Translations under genes and position numbers: made by a program
Shown here: positions 14,580 to 19,348 of the stretch, one piece after another
Layout of the letters: each line of letters opens with the position of its first letter
How positions within the stretch are numbered: the stretch's first letter is position 1
The notes under the pieces: generated by a model
What the model saw: only the letters and a program-made list of their open reading frames with translations
Database searches by the model: none
Told to the model about the DNA's origin: nothing
DNA from: a bacterium
GTDB lineage: Bacteria; Zhuqueibacterota; Zhuqueibacteria; Oceanimicrobiales; Oceanimicrobiaceae
Assembly (NCBI GenBank): GCA_046757525.1
Contig: JBHHYI010000078.1
Location: 1-19,348 of the forward strand
DNA: 19,348 nt
Direction of reading: 5' to 3'

Positions 14580-15827
14580 ATGTCAAACTACATTACAGGC
14601 TTAGACATCGGGACCACCAAGATTGGCGCCATCATTGCCGAAACCAACGGCGATGGCTCCCCGAAAATCGTTGGGGTCGGCACGAGCCCATCGGAAGGCT
14701 TGCGACGGGGGGTCGTGGTTAATCTGGACAAGACGGTGCGCTCCATTCAAGCGGCCATTGAGGAGGCTGAGCGCATGGCCGGAATCGAGACCTGCGATGT
14801 TTTCGCCGGCATTGCCGGAGACCACATCCGCAGCATCAACGGACGCGGCGTGGTTGCGGTTGCCGGCCCGGACAACGAAATCACCCAGGGCGACATCCGT
14901 CGCGTCATCGACGCCGCCAAGGCGGTGGCCTTGCCAATCGACCGCGAAATCCTGCATATCTTGCCGCAGGAATTCATCGTCGATGACCAGCAGGGCATCA
15001 AGGATCCGGTGGGCATGTCCGGCGTACGGTTGGAAGCCGAGGTACACATCGTCACCGGCGCCATCACGTCTGCCCAGAACATCTATCGCAGCATCACCCG
15101 CGCCGGCATGCAAGCCATGGATTTGGTGCTGGAGCCGTTAGCTTCGAGCTATTCCGTGCTGACCGATGATGAAAAAGAGTTAGGCGTGATCATCATGGAC
15201 CTGGGCGGTGGCACCACGGACCTGGCCATGTTCTTTGAAGGATGTATCCGACACACCTCCGTCGTTGGTTTGGGCGGGAAAAATGTCACCAACGATATCG
15301 CCCTGGGTCTAAGAACCCCGGTCGACCAGGCCGAACGAATCAAGATTGAACACGGGTGTGCGGTCCATCAGGACGGCGACCGCGACGAAACCATCGAAGT
15401 TCCAGGCGTCGGCGGCCGGGCACCGCGGCGCGTCTCTAAAGCGCTGCTGGTGGACATTATTCAACCGCGCATGGAAGAAATCCTGAGCCTGGCCTGTCGT
15501 GAAATGAAGAAATCAGACCACATCCACCTCATGACCGCGGGCGTCGTGCTGACGGGCGGCGGCTCCTTGCTAAAGGGCACCGTTGAGCTGGCAGAAGAGG
15601 TCTTCGACATGCCCGTCAAATTGGGTATTCCACAAGGATTTATTGGCTTGACGGATCTGGCCCAGAATCCGATTCACGCCACCGGAGTGGGACTGGTCAT
15701 GTACGGCCTGAAACACAAGAACGAAGTCGATGAACTCTTCGGCAACAGCGAACATGGTATGTTCAAATGGGTCGTCGACAGGATGCGACGTTGGTTTGGA
15801 AGTATTTCCCTTAATAATTCCTATTGA
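14580..15827 (+). CDS. ftsA: Cell division protein FtsA
   Basis: GLDIGTTK, DLGGGTT, GG..VTNDIA.GL.T....AERIK, VVLTGGGS, C-terminal amphipathic helix; alternative GTG starts at 14568/14571. Confidence 0.98.
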   Translation: MSNYITGLDIGTTKIGAIIAETNGDGSPKIVGVGTSPSEGLRRGVVVNLDKTVRSIQAAIEEAERMAGIETCDVFAGIAGDHIRSINGRGVVAVAGPDNEITQGDIRRVIDAAKAVALPIDREILHILPQEFIVDDQQGIKDPVGMSGVRLEAEVHIVTGAITSAQNIYRSITRAGMQAMDLVLEPLASSYSVLTDDEKELGVIIMDLGGGTTDLAMFFEGCIRHTSVVGLGGKNVTNDIALGLRTPVDQAERIKIEHGCAVHQDGDRDETIEVPGVGGRAPRRVSKALLVDIIQPRMEEILSLACREMKKSDHIHLMTAGVVLTGGGSLLKGTVELAEEVFDMPVKLGIPQGFIGLTDLAQNPIHATGVGLVMYGLKHKNEVDELFGNSEHGMFKWVVDRMRRWFGSISLNNSY

Positions 15828-15884
15828 GAATTATTTTTTCTAAAAACGATTGTGCCATTCATCCCAATATTTAAAGGAGACACA

Positions 15885-17063
15885 ATGAATTTACGTTTTG
15901 CATTTGATGAAAAGCATTCACTGATGGCCAAGATGAAAGTGGTCGGAGTCGGTGGAGCCGGCAGCAATGCCATCAACCGCATGATCGAAGCCAAATTGGG
16001 CGGTGTGGATTTTATCGCGGTCAATACCGATTTGCAGGCGCTTGAAATGTGCAAGGCCAGCAGCCGCATCCAAATTGGCCGCTCCCTGACCAAAGGGCTG
16101 GGTGCCGGCGCCAATCCCGATGTTGGCAGGCGGGCCATTGAAGAAGACCGGGAAGCCGTCTTCGAAGCCCTGGCGGATTCCGATATGATTTTTGTGACGG
16201 CTGGTATGGGCGGCGGAACTGGCACCGGTGCGGCACCGGTAGTCGCGGAAATCGCCAAAGACCTCGGTGCGCTCACCGTGGGGATCGTGACCAAACCCTT
16301 CCTGTTCGAGGGACCCAAACGTTCGCAGCGGGCCGACGAAGGGATTTTGGAGCTTAAAGACCGCGTGGACACCCTCATCGTAATTCCCAACCAAAGGCTG
16401 CTTTCGGTGGTGTCAAAAGACACGCCTTTGAATGCCGCCTTTCAGTTAGCAGATGATGTTCTTCTGCAAGCAACCAAGGGCATTTCAGATCTCATCGCGG
16501 TCCCTGGCCTGATCAACCTGGACTTCGCCGATGTTCGCACCATCATGTCGGAGATGGGCGATGCCCTCATGGGTTCCGGCCTGGCAGAAGGTGAAAACCG
16601 CGCCATGGAGGCCGCGCACCAGGCCATCGCCAGTCCGCTCCTGGAAGACGTTTCCATTCAAGGGGCTTTGGGTGTTCTGGTTAACGTTACCGGCGGTGAA
16701 GATATGACCTTGCACGAAGTCAATGACGCGACTACGGTCATCTCTGAGGCAGCAGGCTCCGAGGCAAACATCATTTTTGGCGCCGTGATCGACCAACGCA
16801 TGGAACAGGTGATGCGGGTAACGGTCATCGCCACAGGCTTCAAACACAACGGCAGATTGAGCTCCCTCAGTGGCTCAGCCAGACGAAATTTTGCCAATAT
16901 CTTGGACCACCGGTTTGAAGACTTGGAGACCCCGACCTATCAGCGGCTGAATGAAGCCAGCAATGAAAAACACGAAGTTGAAAAAATAAAAGATGAGAGA
17001 TGGGAAAAAATCAAAAACGAAGACTATGACATCCCTGCCTATTTGAGACGGAGGGCTGATTAA
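15885..17063 (+). CDS. ftsZ: Cell division protein FtsZ
   Basis: [32 protein letters not shown]-terminal [15 protein letters not shown] before ATG 15885. Confidence 0.99.
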   Translation: MNLRFAFDEKHSLMAKMKVVGVGGAGSNAINRMIEAKLGGVDFIAVNTDLQALEMCKASSRIQIGRSLTKGLGAGANPDVGRRAIEEDREAVFEALADSDMIFVTAGMGGGTGTGAAPVVAEIAKDLGALTVGIVTKPFLFEGPKRSQRADEGILELKDRVDTLIVIPNQRLLSVVSKDTPLNAAFQLADDVLLQATKGISDLIAVPGLINLDFADVRTIMSEMGDALMGSGLAEGENRAMEAAHQAIASPLLEDVSIQGALGVLVNVTGGEDMTLHEVNDATTVISEAAGSEANIIFGAVIDQRMEQVMRVTVIATGFKHNGRLSSLSGSARRNFANILDHRFEDLETPTYQRLNEASNEKHEVEKIKDERWEKIKNEDYDIPAYLRRRAD

Positions 17064-17080
17064 AGCGCCAGGCAAAAACC

Positions 17081-17115
17081 AAAAAAGATAGCACCCCAAC
17101 CGATGCTATCTTCTT
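17081..17115. terminator. Probable bidirectional intrinsic terminator between ftsZ and rpmB
   Basis: AAGATAGCA(17085-17093)/TGCTATCTT(17104-17112) stem with A-run on the left and T-rich tail on the right. Confidence 0.7.
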
Positions 17116-17136
17116 CAACTCGTTGAACGGTCATCA

Positions 17137-17328
17137 TCAAACGACTTTTACCACACGGCCGCTCTTAATGCATCTGGTGCACACTAATATTCGTTTGACG
17201 CGACCATTAACGTTTGCACGTACTTTCTTGAGATTGGGCAGCCAGCGCCGCCGCGTGGTGTTGTGGGCGTGGCTCACGTTGTTGCCGACCATGGGTCCCT
17301 TACCGCAGATTTCACATCGTTTTGCCAT
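17137..17328 (-). CDS. rpmB: 50S ribosomal protein L28
   Basis: [29 protein letters not shown]...VCTRCIKS; two CxxC pairs (Zn-binding form). Confidence 0.98.
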   Translation of the reverse strand: MAKRCEICGKGPMVGNNVSHAHNTTRRRWLPNLKKVRANVNGRVKRILVCTRCIKSGRVVKVV

Positions 17329-17384
17329 CTATTCTCCTCAATTGGGTGTTAATCTTATTCATAAGTCTCAAATTAACAACGCCA

Positions 17385-17413
17385 ATTATACAAAATATTA
17401 ATCTAAAAAGCAA
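17385..17413 (-). promoter_or_regulatory. rpmB promoter
   Basis: Minus strand TTGCTT(17413-17408)-17 nt-TATAAT(17390-17385). Confidence 0.7.
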
Positions 17414-17420
17414 GCAAAAC

Positions 17421-17822
17421 TTATTCTTCCACCTTAGTTCCAATAATCAGCTTCTTGACCCCACTTCGTTTGGCAATGTCCATAATCTGCACGACTTTGC
17501 CGTGGGTTGCGTCCTGGTCAGCCTTCAAGATCAACGCACCTTCCTTCATCTTCGGCAAAGCTTTAATTAAGCGATTCTGCAAATTCTTTATGGTCACAGC
17601 TTCATTATTTAAGTGCATGACTCCCTTTTTGTCCAGGAAAAGCGTGTAATCCTTCTGCTGCACCATGACCGAACTCTGTGCCTGGGGCAACTCCAGCTTT
17701 ATGCCCGGCTGCTCCAGGAAAGTGGAAGAGACCATAAAAAAGATGAGCAAGAGAAACAGCACGTCAATCAACGAGGTAATATTTATGCCGACCTTGCGTT
17801 TCTTGGGTTGTTGAAATTCCAT
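17421..17822 (-). CDS. exbD: ExbD/TolR family biopolymer transport protein
   Basis: INITSLIDVLFLLLIFFMV, LELP.A, LKAD....HG.VV..MD. Confidence 0.92.
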   Translation of the reverse strand: MEFQQPKKRKVGINITSLIDVLFLLLIFFMVSSTFLEQPGIKLELPQAQSSVMVQQKDYTLFLDKKGVMHLNNEAVTIKNLQNRLIKALPKMKEGALILKADQDATHGKVVQIMDIAKRSGVKKLIIGTKVEE

Positions 17823-17832
17823 CTTTAGTCAC

Positions 17833-18456
17833 CTAATAGATTGCTTGAAAAGAGGCTACTTTTTTTATCAGGCAAGAAGAATACTTCTCTATTTCTAAAA
17901 TGCAGTCTTCTGCTTTGTTGGAAAAATAGTTGTAAAAAACCACAGCCGGAATGCCGATGGAAAGTCCAATGATGGTGGTAATGAGCGCTTCGGAGATGCC
18001 GCCTGCGAGGGCCGCAGCCTGTCCCACGCCTAACTCCGAAAGCACGTTGAACACTTTCAAAATACCGATAACAGTTCCCAACAGTCCCAGAAGCGGAGCA
18101 ATACCGGCAATGGTTTCCAGGATGATCAGGCCGCGCCCTAAAGTTCTGATTTCCTGCCTGCCTTCATCCAACAATGCTTCCTTGATTTCCTCTTTGGGCA
18201 AATCACGATTGTCTAAGCCAACCTTGATTATATTTGCAAAAGGACCCTGATGCTTTTCACAGATGGACTTGGCCAGCCCAACATCCTCGGGGCCTTTTAT
18301 GTTGTCCAGTACACTCACGATCTCCGGAATGATGACTTTCTTGCGACGAAGCGCCAGGGCCTTCTCGATCACGATGGCCAGTCCCAAGATTGAACAAACG
18401 GCCAAAGGGATCATCATAACCCCGCCTTTAACCAGGAATTGCCAAACATGTTCCAT
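17833..18456 (-). CDS. exbB: MotA/TolQ/ExbB proton channel protein
   Basis: GGVMMIPL, L.TIAGIAPLLGLLGTV.G, GISEALITT..GL.IGIP. Confidence 0.92.
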   Translation of the reverse strand: MEHVWQFLVKGGVMMIPLAVCSILGLAIVIEKALALRRKKVIIPEIVSVLDNIKGPEDVGLAKSICEKHQGPFANIIKVGLDNRDLPKEEIKEALLDEGRQEIRTLGRGLIILETIAGIAPLLGLLGTVIGILKVFNVLSELGVGQAAALAGGISEALITTIIGLSIGIPAVVFYNYFSNKAEDCILEIEKYSSCLIKKVASFQAIY

Positions 18457-18484
18457 AACGTCTTTTCCTTTTTTTGTTAACGAT

Positions 18485-19348
18485 TTACTTAATTATCTCG
18501 TAATAAAACTTCGCTGTAATCTCCAGATAAGGCTCCGGGAAATCCGCAGGCAACGGGGCAAAAGGCGCCGAGATATTAATGGCCTGAATGCTGGTTTCCT
18601 TCAGCGTTTCATGTCCCGTGTACTGAAGAACCTTTAGATCCCGCAACTCCCCATCGGGCATTATCTTGAATCTCAACAAAGTTTGCCCGGTAATCATTCC
18701 CAATCGATAGTAGGCGGCCGGTGGAAAGATGTTGGGTTCGACTTTGTGCTTTACGCCTAAGAGGTAAGGCGCCCACTCCCACTCGTAGGTGTTTAGCGAA
18801 AAGCCGGTCACATCCAAAGAGCGAGAATCCTGGTTGTCGTACTGAGGCCTGGGTTTATTCGCGCCGCTCCCCACCTTGGTGACTTTCTTCGGGTCTAAGA
18901 GGTATTCCCGTTTAAACTCGCGCGGATAAACATTGGCGGCCCACTTTTCCGTTTCGTCGGGTTTTTCCGTGGGGGTAGTCTCCTGGTTTGGCTTGAGATT
19001 GGCTAACTTGTCCAAAACGCCAGCCTCCCCGTCTGTGCCTGGCCTGTTGTAAACGTCCTTAATATCCAAATCTCCCCGAGAAAAGGCCTCGCCGATTTTC
19101 ACATTGGGATCGCTTTCAAGATTTCTGGACAAAGTGTTCTTATCCGAAGCCAGTTGCGCATTTTTGTCCGGCTTTTCCACCTTGGCATCGTCAGGAGTCT
19201 CAACGATCTCTCTGGCCTTTTTCGGTTGCTCAAATTCAAAAACGAGGGGTGGCTCGTCCTGTTTTAGCTTGGTGTCTTTGGAGCTAAAGAAAACAAAATC
19301 GTAGCTCAAACTCAAAATAAGGAGAAAAAGAAGATGCAATAATATAGA
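18485..19348 (-). CDS. TonB/TolA-like energy transducer (5' end beyond the window edge)
   Basis: Frame is open to the window edge, reading SILLHLLFLL (SxxxH TM motif); low-complexity linker; C-terminal TonB_C-like F.I.PDG.L.....SAPFAPLP.DFP; upstream of exbB/exbD. Confidence 0.8.
   Translation of the reverse strand, partial: SILLHLLFLLILSLSYDFVFFSSKDTKLKQDEPPLVFEFEQPKKAREIVETPDDAKVEKPDKNAQLASDKNTLSRNLESDPNVKIGEAFSRGDLDIKDVYNRPGTDGEAGVLDKLANLKPNQETTPTEKPDETEKWAANVYPREFKREYLLDPKKVTKVGSGANKPRPQYDNQDSRSLDVTGFSLNTYEWEWAPYLLGVKHKVEPNIFPPAAYYRLGMITGQTLLRFKIMPDGELRDLKVLQYTGHETLKETSIQAINISAPFAPLPADFPEPYLEITAKFYYEIIK

Noticed and set aside
14601..16897. Long antisense and alternative-frame ORFs over ftsA/ftsZ (also 6823-7548 over ftsI and 4293-4772 over mraZ)
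   Set aside because: Expected shadows of codon-biased conserved genes, with no recognisable motifs.

Overview
Bacterial chromosomal window with two parts; an FCB-group/KSB1-like host is inferred only from the style of the MraY and FtsA proteins. (1) Positions 1-~4170 form an accessory/defence region. It holds a minus-strand, HD-less type III CRISPR Cas10 gene (ATG 1669, running off the left edge, so absent from the ORF track) with a Zn finger and intact DGN/GGDD Palm motifs. Next to it is an AT-rich COG1373-type AAA+ ATPase gene with a palindromic promoter, flanked by two diverged ~130-bp direct copies of a gene 3' end plus a 31-nt hairpin. No CRISPR array is visible in the window. (2) Positions 4199-17063 hold a dcw cluster: mraZ-rsmH-ftsL-ftsI-murF-[490-bp palindrome cluster + internal promoter]-mraY-ftsW-murG-ftsQ-ftsA-ftsZ. 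It is followed on the minus strand by rpmB and a tonB/exbB/exbD-like module. The dcw cluster cleanly lacks murE, murD and murC (also murB/ddl) at their usual slots while keeping murF, i.e. it lacks exactly the three ligases that build the tripeptide stem.
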